A stretch of 64,000 bases of DNA from Chitinispirillaceae bacterium (GCA_016929415.1 JAFGIW010000099.1:953-64952); one strand, 5' to 3'; positions 11,001 through 18,980 are shown, counted from the first letter of the stretch. Program-made: numbers and translations. The notes: a model not told the origin generated them from the letters alone.

Positions 11001-11324
11001 ACCCGGGGCGGATACCTGACTTATATAGGAGACCTCAATGACTCCGGTGGTATGGTCCCCCTCTTTGATCGGGACGGTGTCCATCCATTCCGTTGCAACA
11101 TACCCGGCTGGTTCGTACGCCGTTTCTTCATAGACAATCCTCGCCTGACAGAGCTTAGGGTACTGCCAGCCGGAAGGGATCGCCGCGATGATGTCGCGGA
11201 AAATATCCGGCAAGGGACGGGAATTGCCGGAAAGCAGTTTTTCAATCTGGTAGAGGCAGTTAAGCTCTTTGGCCCTTTCGAGCAAAACCAGAACCCGTCC
11301 CGATGCCTGTTTTTTTTCACCCAT
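8100..11324 (-). CDS. Multidomain enzyme: N-terminal KELxCLY sensor-like module + PEP/pyruvate-binding (PPDK_N, ATP-grasp) domain + C-terminal Pol-beta-type nucleotidyltransferase domain
   Basis: PPDK_N-like strings: CLGGKSTGLFLA, IIVRSSSLLEDRAGSAFSGKYKSLFL, MGIMIQEVVG, LVPGLGTRAVD, DIEFASDGVSFYLLQCRP. The C-terminal AVYLFGSTANATAGPGSDIDLLVHF is the NTase GS..DxD signature. Preferred start is ATG 11324 (MGEKKQ) with GGAAGG upstream; the track start is 11363. Confidence 0.7.
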   Translation of the reverse strand: MGEKKQASGRVLVLLERAKELNCLYQIEKLLSGNSRPLPDIFRDIIAAIPSGWQYPKLCQARIVYEETAYEPAGYVATEWMDTVPIKEGDHTTGVIEVSYISQVSAPGEDCFLRKERQLLRTIADRIGQTAFHRKLEQLLRDREATDRATGTKRNHEWMAIVNLLRHTDEKLFLYISRKMLYHLFWSGIKEARQVLNAFGNEFVEHHAEGSSDANSPSRKQSRESFFSVSDRVFSIAAQHLGDDETLSLLHKWIQENKLSFLIKAVDSGNASLGTIIDAILRYRALSNSESALEPSTEKRLRVSLIRRFFSNDIDFINLAKRHLEVPDFFDLVTRIIFPSDSNGCLGGKSTGLFLARHILLRTEDKEGLFAGIKTPKTWYLTADCLTEFLRFNELEDVHDLKYKELEQVRFEYPNIIQLFKHARFPAYISARISQALDDFGDSPIIVRSSSLLEDRAGSAFSGKYKSLFLSNQGNRQERLDALLDAIAEIYASVFGPDPILYRYEHGLLDFYEEMGIMIQEVVGTRVGPNLMPAFAGVAFSSNEFRWSPRLKREDGLVRLVPGLGTRAVDRIGNDYPVLLSPGQPALRVNASPDEIRHYSPSQVDVINLETGVFETVAIDRLLREHGNDFPNLHHMVSVYRDGHISRPSAIELDVRRDELLFTFDGLINGTDFVKQLRAILLTLQQRLGTPVDIEFASDGVSFYLLQCRPQYTESNVAPSAIRRDIPERETLFTANRFISNGRIPDITHIVYVSPQQYAEQTSRDTLVDIGRAVGRLNAILPKRRFILMGPGRWGSRGDIKQGVAVTYSDICNTAVLIEIAMRKGAYEPELSFGTHFFQDMVEAGIRYIPLYPGEKNVVFNEHFLNSAHNLLPEILPDYTHLDGVLRVIDVPHRMDGKILKIQMNAELCEAIGFFTEPSAVNEEPLVLVKPAEPQSEDFWRWRSRMAERLARQLDPGRFGVQAVYLFGSTANATAGPGSDIDLLVHFRGTPQQRQELALWLEGWSMSLSEQNYLRTGYTTHGLLDIHIVTDEDIRARTSYAIKIGAVTDPATLLPLAGAENDAVEKPETISRKV

Positions 11325-11392
11325 CGCTATTTGCCTTCCATAATCTTTGCGGCAAATACACACCTATAAAGAGCTTCACACGCATGATAACC

Positions 11393-12679
11393 TTATGCCC
11401 ATCCGCGTAACGTTACGGCCTGCGCTACGCGATTGATGGCGATCACGTATGCCGCATCTCTCATGTAGAGCTTTTTCTGGCGTGCAAGTTCACTTACCGC
11501 CTTAAACGCGGAAGTCATCTTCACATCCAGTTTCTCCAGTACTTCATTCTTTTCCCAGAAATAATTCATGTTACACTGCACCTGCTCGAAATAACTGCAT
11601 GTTACTCCGCCGGCGTTGGTAAGGAAATCTGGCAGCAGCATGATGTTGCGCTGTTTGATGACCTCATCCGCTTCGGGTGTGGTTGGGCCGTTTGCGCCTT
11701 CGACGATCACCTTGATACTCTTGGCGATGTTCTGCACATTGCTGTTGTTGATCTGGTTTTCAAGGGCGGCGGGGATAAGAATATCGACTTCCTGTTCAAG
11801 CCATTTTTCACCCGGCAGCATCTCGTAGCCCAGTTCGCGGGCGCGGTTCTTGTCGATCCCGCCGAACTTGTCCGAAATACCAAGCAGCTCTTCAACGTTG
11901 ACACCGTTCTTTTTACAGTAGGTATAGGCTTTTTTATCGGCCTGATCCCAGCAGGAGATCGCGATCACCTTGCCACCGAGTTGTGTATACATCCTGATCG
12001 CATATTGCGCGACATTGCCGAATCCCTGCACGCTTGCAGTGGTTTTTTCAGGGGCAATACCCATTTCCTTGAGCGCTTCGCGTAAGACAAAGATCACGCC
12101 GAATCCCGTAGCCTCAGTCCGGCCCTGCGAACCGCCCATGCCGACCGGTTTACCGGTAATAAAACCCGGATAGCGGCCGCCGTGAATCGCCTCAAACTCG
12201 TCCAATATCCAGAGCATATGCTGTCCGTTGGTCATCACGTCCGGTGCAGGCACGTCACTGAAAGGACCGACGTTTCTTGCGATCTGGCGTACCCAGCCTC
12301 GACAGATCTGTTCCTGCTCCTTAAGACTGAGATGGTGCGGATCGCAGATAACTCCCCCCTTGGCTCCGCCCAGCGGGATATCGACCACCGAACATTTCCA
12401 GGTCATCCACATCGAAAGTGCGCGAACGGTGTCGATCGTCTCCATCGGATGAAAACGGATGCCGCCTTTTGCCGGACCGCGCGCGTCGTTATGCTGTACA
12501 CGAAAGCCCTTGAAGATTTTAATCTTCCCGTCATCCATGCGTACCGGAATGGTGAAATGATACTCACGCATCGGCTGGCGTAAAAGCTCCTTCACGCCAT
12601 CATCAAGCTCCAGGATGGCGGCGACCTTGTCGAATTGAGACTGTGCTACCTGATACGGGTTATACGAAGGTGTTTCCAT
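11393..12679 (-). CDS. gdhA: Glutamate dehydrogenase (NAD(P)-dependent, hexameric type)
   Basis: 428 aa with GPAKGGIRFHP, PLGGAKGGV and the dinucleotide-fold motif VQGFGNVAQY, at typical length. Confidence 0.9.
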   Translation of the reverse strand: METPSYNPYQVAQSQFDKVAAILELDDGVKELLRQPMREYHFTIPVRMDDGKIKIFKGFRVQHNDARGPAKGGIRFHPMETIDTVRALSMWMTWKCSVVDIPLGGAKGGVICDPHHLSLKEQEQICRGWVRQIARNVGPFSDVPAPDVMTNGQHMLWILDEFEAIHGGRYPGFITGKPVGMGGSQGRTEATGFGVIFVLREALKEMGIAPEKTTASVQGFGNVAQYAIRMYTQLGGKVIAISCWDQADKKAYTYCKKNGVNVEELLGISDKFGGIDKNRARELGYEMLPGEKWLEQEVDILIPAALENQINNSNVQNIAKSIKVIVEGANGPTTPEADEVIKQRNIMLLPDFLTNAGGVTCSYFEQVQCNMNYFWEKNEVLEKLDVKMTSAFKAVSELARQKKLYMRDAAYVIAINRVAQAVTLRGWA

Positions 12680-12814
12680 ACATTCATACCCTTTCTTATT
12701 GCGATAGAGACACTAGGTTTATTGGATGTAACCCTGACTGAGTGATTCCTCGATTCCTGCTGATTTTAGCGATGCACTCTGCCGCGGTTCTGTAACGATG
12801 GTCGCCGGAAGGCA

Positions 12815-13087
12815 TCACGCATACTCTTCACAATGCCAGATTCCACCCGGGGTTTTCGAATTCGCGCAGGTAGTTCTATTACCGCAGTCACAGCACAGGC
12901 CCAAGGCAATATCGATATGTTTCTCCGGTATGCTCGTGACGGTAGCAAGAACATTATGCGTCAGTGCCGATGCGTCGTCGAATTCTTCACAAAAAAAAAC
13001 ATGACGGGTATGACCCGGGAGGCGCTCGCATGCCTCGATATTGTTGCAGGTGGTACAGATGCCTGCCGTTTTTTTCACTTGTGTCAT
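12815..13087 (-). CDS. Small Cys-rich protein with an internal duplication (probable metal or Fe-S binding)
   Basis: MTQVKKTAGICTTCNNIEACERLPGHTRHVFFCEEF...GLCCDCGNRTTCANSKTPGGIWHCEEYA contains two copies of CX2CX5CX11-12CEE[FY]. GGGAGAAAGGG lies upstream of ATG 13087. Sits directly downstream of a sigma54-type promoter. Confidence 0.5.
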   Translation of the reverse strand: MTQVKKTAGICTTCNNIEACERLPGHTRHVFFCEEFDDASALTHNVLATVTSIPEKHIDIALGLCCDCGNRTTCANSKTPGGIWHCEEYA

Positions 13088-13149
13088 CAACACCCTTTCT
13101 CCCGTTTGGAAGTGCCATGATGCGGTATCTAATAAAAAATGAAGATAAC

Positions 13150-13165
13150 TGCAATCCCCGTACCA
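13150..13165 (-). promoter_or_regulatory. Sigma54 (RpoN) -24/-12 promoter
   Basis: The minus strand reads TGGTACGGGGATTGCA. Against the consensus TGGCACG-N4-TTGCW this is one mismatch with exact GG-to-GC spacing. It lies ~60 nt upstream of the Cys-rich ORF and immediately downstream of a sigma54-dependent activator gene. Confidence 0.55.
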
Positions 13166-13445
13166 GAAAAGAATGGCGGCGTATACCTTGCACTTAATTT
13201 AACCTAACACTATGATTTTTAAGGTGTAATGAAGCAACAATGCCCGATTGCCGGCACGGTAACGGTAGTATAACGCTTTTAGCGATCGTTCTGATAGGTG
13301 GGGAATATTGAACCAGTGGGGAGAAATTCATCAGTTCGGAGCATGCAGAATAAAGAACCAAAGCAATACAGACTGCGTGACCATTTTCCGACACACAGCC
13401 AGATAGGGCGTGGTCTTGCTTTTTGCGAAAGACTCCTGCGTATAA

Positions 13446-14792
13446 TCATTCCAGTTTGTATCGCTTCATTTTTTCGCGCAGGGTCTTGCGATCGATACCT
13501 AAACTCTCCGATGCGCGCGTCTTGTTGCCGCCAACATGCGCCAATACGTTCCGTATATGTGCGGCTTCAAGTTCGGCAAGCGTCCGGTTCACGCCGGCCA
13601 CGCGCGCGGCAGAATAGCGGGTGGGGGCGGGTAAATGCGGTACATCGACTGTCTCCGCGTCGTTCATCACGATGGTGCGCTGGATGGCGTTTTCCAGCTC
13701 CCGGACATTGCCGGGCCACGAGTATCGTTTCAGCGCGGCGATCGCCCTATCGGAAAAACGCGGTGTCGGTTTGCCGAGTTCCGCGGAGAATTTTTCGGTA
13801 AAGTGATTTGCTAAAAGTACTATATCGGTGCCTCGTTCGCGCAGGGGAGGTATGTCGATGGTGATCACGTTTATCCGGTAATACAGTTCTTCCCTGAACA
13901 TCCTGTTCTGGATGAGGCTGAGAAGGTCTTTATTGGTGGCTGCGATCACCCGTACGTCAATTTTTCTGGGCCTTGAATCACCCACCATTGAAACCTCTTT
14001 TTCCTGCAATACTCTTAAAAGTTTCACCTGCATGGCAAGAGATGTCTCGCCGATTTCATCCAGAAAGAGCGTTCCGCCATCGGCAGTCTGGAAAAAACCA
14101 GCACGGGACTCGTGGGCTCCCGTAAAAGAGCCTTTTACATGGCCGAAAAGTTCGCTCTCAAGCAGGGTTTCGGGAATGCTGCCGCAGTTGACGGGAATGA
14201 AAGGGGCGGTCGCCCGGGAGCTGCAGTAATGAATCGCGCGCGCCACAAGCTCCTTTCCGCTGCCGCTTTCGCCGGTTACCAGGACCGTCGCCGATGATGA
14301 CGATGCTTTTCGTATCGAGAAGAAAACCTTTCGCATGGCATCCGATTCTCCGATAAGACCGTAGCGGTTTTGAGTGCATGTCTTCTTGTTCTGCAATAAT
14401 GTCCGTCGTTGCGCGAGTTTTTCCAGGACGCGCCGCACCGTGCGGAAAAGCTCTTCATCGGTAAACGGCTTGGCCAGATACTCCTCCGCACCGCACTTGA
14501 CGGCTTCCACCGCGCTTTGAATGGTCGCGTATCCCGTAATCATCATCACTTCCGTATCAGCGTGGTTTTCACGTATGTGCCTGATAAGATCCATACCGCT
14601 GACTCTGGGCATTTTGAGATCGGTGATGACCAGATCGACCGGTGTCGATTCAAGAATATCCAGGGCCTCGGTCGCGCTGTAGGCGGTATAAACGGTATAT
14701 CCCTGGTCGTGCAGGTTTCTCTGAAGCACCTCCACCGTGCCGGGGGTGTCGTCGACGACAAGGATGCCATATTTTACAGCTGTTTGGCTCAT
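13446..14792 (-). CDS. Sigma54-dependent response regulator (NtrC family: REC + AAA+ + Fis-type HTH)
   Basis: REC: ILVVDDTPG..DLVITDLKMP. AAA+: GESGSGKE, ESELFGH, GSFTGA (GAFTGA variant), GGTLFLDEIGE. HTH: GGNKTRASESLGIDRKTLREKM. Start overlaps the kinase stop as ATGA (14789-14792). Confidence 0.9.
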   Translation of the reverse strand: MSQTAVKYGILVVDDTPGTVEVLQRNLHDQGYTVYTAYSATEALDILESTPVDLVITDLKMPRVSGMDLIRHIRENHADTEVMMITGYATIQSAVEAVKCGAEEYLAKPFTDEELFRTVRRVLEKLAQRRTLLQNKKTCTQNRYGLIGESDAMRKVFFSIRKASSSSATVLVTGESGSGKELVARAIHYCSSRATAPFIPVNCGSIPETLLESELFGHVKGSFTGAHESRAGFFQTADGGTLFLDEIGETSLAMQVKLLRVLQEKEVSMVGDSRPRKIDVRVIAATNKDLLSLIQNRMFREELYYRINVITIDIPPLRERGTDIVLLANHFTEKFSAELGKPTPRFSDRAIAALKRYSWPGNVRELENAIQRTIVMNDAETVDVPHLPAPTRYSAARVAGVNRTLAELEAAHIRNVLAHVGGNKTRASESLGIDRKTLREKMKRYKLE

Positions 14793-16087
14793 CCGCTTGC
14801 CCCTTGAAGCACGATATCGGTATCAACCGGCAGTCGTATGGTGAACATCGCACCGTTTCCGGGAGAGCTTTTTACCGAGATGGTTCCGCAGTGAGAAGTC
14901 ACAATGCCGTGTACCACGGGCAATCCCAGTCCGGTTCCCTGATCGACCTCCTTTGTTGTAAAAAAAGGAACGAATATCCGATCGAGAATTTCCCTGGTCA
15001 TGCCTTTTCCCGTATCCGCTATTGAACAGAGCAGGTGCATGCCTTCAACAGCCGTGTGTACCTTCAATATGCCCCCTGTGGGCATGGCCTGAATCGCATT
15101 CACGAGAAGGTTGACTATTACCTGCTTCAGTTGTCCGCCATCCGCGAAAATCAGCGGCAGTTGCGGGGAGAAATCCCTGACAAGCTCTATCCCCCCTTTC
15201 TTCAACCGATGCTCGAACAGCCCGAGCGCTTCGGACACCGTATCGTTGAAATTGACCCGGCCTTTGAAGGTCGGCGTCTGCCGCGCGAAGAGAAGAAGCT
15301 TTTTTATTATTTCCCGTGCATACAGGGAAGCTTCGATGATTTTATCAAGATCTTCAACTGCTTTCCAGGGCAACTCAGGATGTTTGCGCATGAGTTGGGC
15401 GAACCCGAGGATGCTGCTCAGCGGTTCATTCAGTTCATGCGCGACGCCTGCTGCCAGTTGTCCGATCGTGGCGAGACGATCGGCATGAATCAGCTGCTTC
15501 TGTAAATCCTCCTTTTCCGCTTCCGCCTGCCGGCGTTCGATGATGAACGCTATTTGCCGTGCAATCGCCCTGATGAGATGCAATTCCTCCCTAAGAAATT
15601 TTTTCCCTTCAACACCCGATCCGCGTTGAACATAAAATACTTCAACCCTCCCCCTGCATTTTTCTTCGGCAATAACCGGTGCGGATAGTTTTTTATGACT
15701 TTCCATGAAATTCGATGAGTGGAATGATTGACCGTCCACTTCAATGCGGGCCGCCGCCGCTTCCGGATATTGCCATGCGGGAGGGATTACCTCGACAATA
15801 TCCTGAAATACGCTGTCAGGGAGCGCAGCATTTTTTTCGGATATCCTGCTTATGCTGTAGAGACACGTCAGTTCCTTTATCCGTTCGTGCAATGCACGGG
15901 CAGTCTCCCGCTCCTTCGACACCTGTGGTCGTTTTGTTGATAAAACTGGTATTTTTGTCATAGAAGATCTTCCCGTTCGATTCATGGACGGAGTTTCGGT
16001 CTTATCGGTAGCAGGAGAGGATGCCTGCCAAACCAGCCGGTAATCGAAGCCGGAATGGAAAATAAATAACCGAAACAGTTCCATCAT
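14789..16087 (-). CDS. Sensor histidine kinase with N-terminal KELxCLY module (no obvious TM segment)
   Basis: H-box VAHELNEPLSSI, N-box LLVNAIQAM, G1 DTGKGM, G2 GTGLGLPVV. Start is ambiguous: ATGs at 16087, 15985 and 15961 are all in frame. Confidence 0.85.
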   Translation of the reverse strand: MMELFRLFIFHSGFDYRLVWQASSPATDKTETPSMNRTGRSSMTKIPVLSTKRPQVSKERETARALHERIKELTCLYSISRISEKNAALPDSVFQDIVEVIPPAWQYPEAAAARIEVDGQSFHSSNFMESHKKLSAPVIAEEKCRGRVEVFYVQRGSGVEGKKFLREELHLIRAIARQIAFIIERRQAEAEKEDLQKQLIHADRLATIGQLAAGVAHELNEPLSSILGFAQLMRKHPELPWKAVEDLDKIIEASLYAREIIKKLLLFARQTPTFKGRVNFNDTVSEALGLFEHRLKKGGIELVRDFSPQLPLIFADGGQLKQVIVNLLVNAIQAMPTGGILKVHTAVEGMHLLCSIADTGKGMTREILDRIFVPFFTTKEVDQGTGLGLPVVHGIVTSHCGTISVKSSPGNGAMFTIRLPVDTDIVLQGASG

Positions 16088-16179
16088 AGGGTTGAGTGTA
16101 GAAAGGGTGATTTCTCACCGGCGTGAAATGAAGATAGTATATTTGATGGTTTCCAAAACTATAATCGAGGAGAATAAGG

Positions 16180-17697
16180 ATGCGTACCAAGATCGGCTTT
16201 GATAATGAAAAATACCTGGCGGAACAATCCGCTGAAATTCTTCAGCGCATTGAGCAGTTCGGCGACAAGCTGTTTCTGGAGTTCGGCGGAAAGCTTCTCT
16301 ACGACTACCATGCAGCGAGGGTTCTATCCGGCTATGACCCCAATGTGAAAATGCGGCTTCTCCAGAAGCTCAAGGACAAGGTCGACATCATTCTGTGCAT
16401 TTATGCGGGGGATATCGAACACAAAAAAATGCGCGCCGATTTCGGGATCTCGTATGACGCCGACGCGCTCAAGCTCATCGACGATCTGCGCGAATGGGGG
16501 GTCGACGTGAGCGCGGTGGTGATCACCCGCTTTGAGGAGCAACCTGCCGCGATCCAGTTTAAGAACAAGCTGCAGCGTCGCGACATCACGGTGTACACCC
16601 ATCGGTTTACCAAAGGTTATCCGACCAATGTCGAGATGATCGTCAGCGAAGAAGGATACGGCGCCAACGACTATATCGAAACGACGAAACCGATCGTCGT
16701 CGTGACCGGGCCCGGACCGGGCAGCGGCAAGCTGGCAACCGCGCTCTCGCAGCTCTATCACGAGCGGAAGCGGGGGGTCGGCGCCGGCTACGCCAAGTTC
16801 GAGACGTTTCCGATATGGAACCTTCCGCTCAAGCATCCGGTGAATGTTGCCTATGAATCGGCAACAGCCGACCTGCGCGATTTCAATATGATCGACTCCC
16901 ACCACCTGGAGGCCTACAACGAAAAAACCGTCAATTACAACCGCGATGTCGAGGCATTCCCGCTGTTGCGCAGAATCATCGAAAAAATCACCGGCGAGCC
17001 CTGCGTCTACAAGTCACCCACCGATATGGGGGTCAACCGGGCCGGTTTCGGCATCGTCGATGATGAGGCGGTGCGGGAAGCATCCGTCCAGGAGATCATC
17101 AGACGGTACTTCCGCTACTCGTGCGAATACGCCATGGGACTTATTGACAAAGGAACCGTCGAGCGGGCGGAACTCATCATGAAAGACAGCGGCGCGAAGG
17201 CCGAAGACCGGCCGATGGTGCTCCCCGCGCGCAAAGCCGCCGAAGATGCACGCATTGCCGGCAAGGGCAATGAAGGCATTTTCTGCGGTGCGGCCATCGA
17301 ACTGCCCGACGGCATGGTCATCACCGGCAAGAACTCCCCGACCATGCATGCCGCCGCATGTCTTATCATCAACACCGCAAAACAATTGGCGGGCATCCCC
17401 CCCGCGCTCGACCTCCTCCCGAAAAGCATCATCGAATCCCTGAACCATTTCAAACGCGATGTGCTTGAAGGAAAGCGCTTGAGTCTTGACCTCGAAGAAA
17501 CGCTGATCGCGCTCAGCATCAGCGGCACCACAAACCCGGCCGCACAGTCGGCGGTGGAAAAGCTCAAGGAGATCCGAGGGTGCGACGTCCACATCACCCA
17601 CATTCCCACGCCGGGAGATGAGGCGGGACTGAGAAAACTCGGGCTGAACCTCACCAGCGATCCGGATTTCTCAACCCGATGCCTTTTTCTCAACTGA
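16180..17697 (+). CDS. DUF1846 / UPF0371 family protein
   Basis: 505 aa, colinear with the UPF0371 family as I recall it: GFDNEKYL..LFLEFGGKLLYDYHAARVLSGYDPN, VVVTGPGPGSGKLAT, GYAKFETFPIWNLPLKHPVNVAYESATADL. GAGGAG RBS. Confidence 0.7.
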   Translation: MRTKIGFDNEKYLAEQSAEILQRIEQFGDKLFLEFGGKLLYDYHAARVLSGYDPNVKMRLLQKLKDKVDIILCIYAGDIEHKKMRADFGISYDADALKLIDDLREWGVDVSAVVITRFEEQPAAIQFKNKLQRRDITVYTHRFTKGYPTNVEMIVSEEGYGANDYIETTKPIVVVTGPGPGSGKLATALSQLYHERKRGVGAGYAKFETFPIWNLPLKHPVNVAYESATADLRDFNMIDSHHLEAYNEKTVNYNRDVEAFPLLRRIIEKITGEPCVYKSPTDMGVNRAGFGIVDDEAVREASVQEIIRRYFRYSCEYAMGLIDKGTVERAELIMKDSGAKAEDRPMVLPARKAAEDARIAGKGNEGIFCGAAIELPDGMVITGKNSPTMHAAACLIINTAKQLAGIPPALDLLPKSIIESLNHFKRDVLEGKRLSLDLEETLIALSISGTTNPAAQSAVEKLKEIRGCDVHITHIPTPGDEAGLRKLGLNLTSDPDFSTRCLFLN

Positions 17698-17712
17698 AAT
17701 ACATGGTCAGGC

Positions 17713-17754
17713 AATAAACCACGGGGCGGTTGACTTCTCTGCGGTTTATTTCTT
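17713..17754 (+). terminator. Possible intrinsic terminator after the DUF1846 gene
   Basis: AATAAACC (17713-17720) pairs with GGTTTATT (17743-17750), with further imperfect inner pairs, followed by TCTT. The loop is long, so this is only moderately convincing. Confidence 0.4.
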
Positions 17755-17912
17755 GCCACTTCCGAGAGACCGGAACATAAGCACCCCGATGATATAAGGT
17801 TACAACCGGAAAAATGGCTTCTTTACGTACTTTCCGTCAGAATCCCCTCGCCGGCCTGTCGTTTCCCGCATCCCCCTGCGGGGGATTGTCATGGGACCGG
17901 TTGGTTGCCGGG

Positions 17913-18980
17913 TTACGGTTTTCCCAATATCCTTCCCGCCGCTTCCATCACCCGCTCGACCTCAATACCCTTAAGGCAGTCAAGCGATCGGCACGTTACC
18001 GGTTTGTAGGCATAGCAGGGCCGGCAGGCAACGGGCGCGGTTAGGATAACTGATCGATTGCCGAGCGGCGCTGTCTTGTAATCAAGCGTCGGCCCGAAGA
18101 TCGCCAGCACCGTCGCTCCGGCTGCGGCGGCGAGGTGCATGGGGCCGCTGTCGTTGCTGACGAAGAGGGATGCATGTTTCATGACCTCGAAGCTTTGCCG
18201 TATGGTAAGTTCTCCGGCGGACGAGATGGCGAAGTTTCCGATCCGCTGCGCGGCATTGGCCGCAGCCTCCGCTTCCTCCGGCCCGCCGAAAATGACTATG
18301 CGGCAGGCGAAGCGTTCGACAAGCCTGCGACCAACCTCGATGAACCGCTCGACAGGCCACCGTTTGTAGCTCATGGCAGGACCGCTGCCGAGGTGCAGGC
18401 CTGCCCAGCGGCTGTTGAGGCGGTTTGCCGAAAGGAATCGTTGCGCCGCGTCGCGATCTTTCGCATTTGTCCATACCGTTGGAGCTGGAGGTTCTACCTC
18501 CGGCGATAAGGCGCCGATCAGCCGAAAATTCACCGTGCTTTCGTGAAGCGTTTCATCAAAGGGGATGGTGATATTGTAAAGGAACCTCCCCGCGCCGAAC
18601 GACTCGCCGAGCCGCAGCCGGGCGCCGCAAAGCAGTCCGATCAGGCCGCATTTGAGCGGGTTGGTGCCGCTGGCCGCGACCACCAGACCGGGCTTTATGC
18701 GGCGCAGGCGTGCGACAAGCATCGGCAGTGAGTGGATTGATGCCGCAGTTTCGATAATTTCACCGCTACGCGGATGGCACTCCACCACTTGGCGGGAATT
18801 GTTTTTCGGGAGCAGGAAATGAAGGCGCGCACGGGGGGCGGCTTTTTCGAATGCCTGCAAAGCCGGGGTGAGCAGCACTAGATTGCCGATACCTCCCATG
18901 CTGATAAACAGGGCGTCATTAATGCCGGAGAGCGGTGGTAAGGGGGCGCCGTGAGGTTTACGGGGCAATGTAGGAAACAT
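17913..18980 (-). CDS. Glycosyltransferase family 9 (heptosyltransferase-like)
   Basis: ALFISMGGIGNLVLLTPAL N-terminus and FVSNDSGPMHLAAAAGATVLAIFGPT are typical of GT9. Confidence 0.8.
   Translation of the reverse strand: MFPTLPRKPHGAPLPPLSGINDALFISMGGIGNLVLLTPALQAFEKAAPRARLHFLLPKNNSRQVVECHPRSGEIIETAASIHSLPMLVARLRRIKPGLVVAASGTNPLKCGLIGLLCGARLRLGESFGAGRFLYNITIPFDETLHESTVNFRLIGALSPEVEPPAPTVWTNAKDRDAAQRFLSANRLNSRWAGLHLGSGPAMSYKRWPVERFIEVGRRLVERFACRIVIFGGPEEAEAAANAAQRIGNFAISSAGELTIRQSFEVMKHASLFVSNDSGPMHLAAAAGATVLAIFGPTLDYKTAPLGNRSVILTAPVACRPCYAYKPVTCRSLDCLKGIEVERVMEAAGRILGKP

Noticed and set aside
13105-13117. TGGCAC on the minus strand (CATGGCACTTCCAAACGG), considered as a sigma54 -24 element
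   Set aside because: The -12 position reads AACG rather than TTGC, and the element would place the TSS inside the RBS of the Cys-rich ORF. The site at 13150-13165 is much better.
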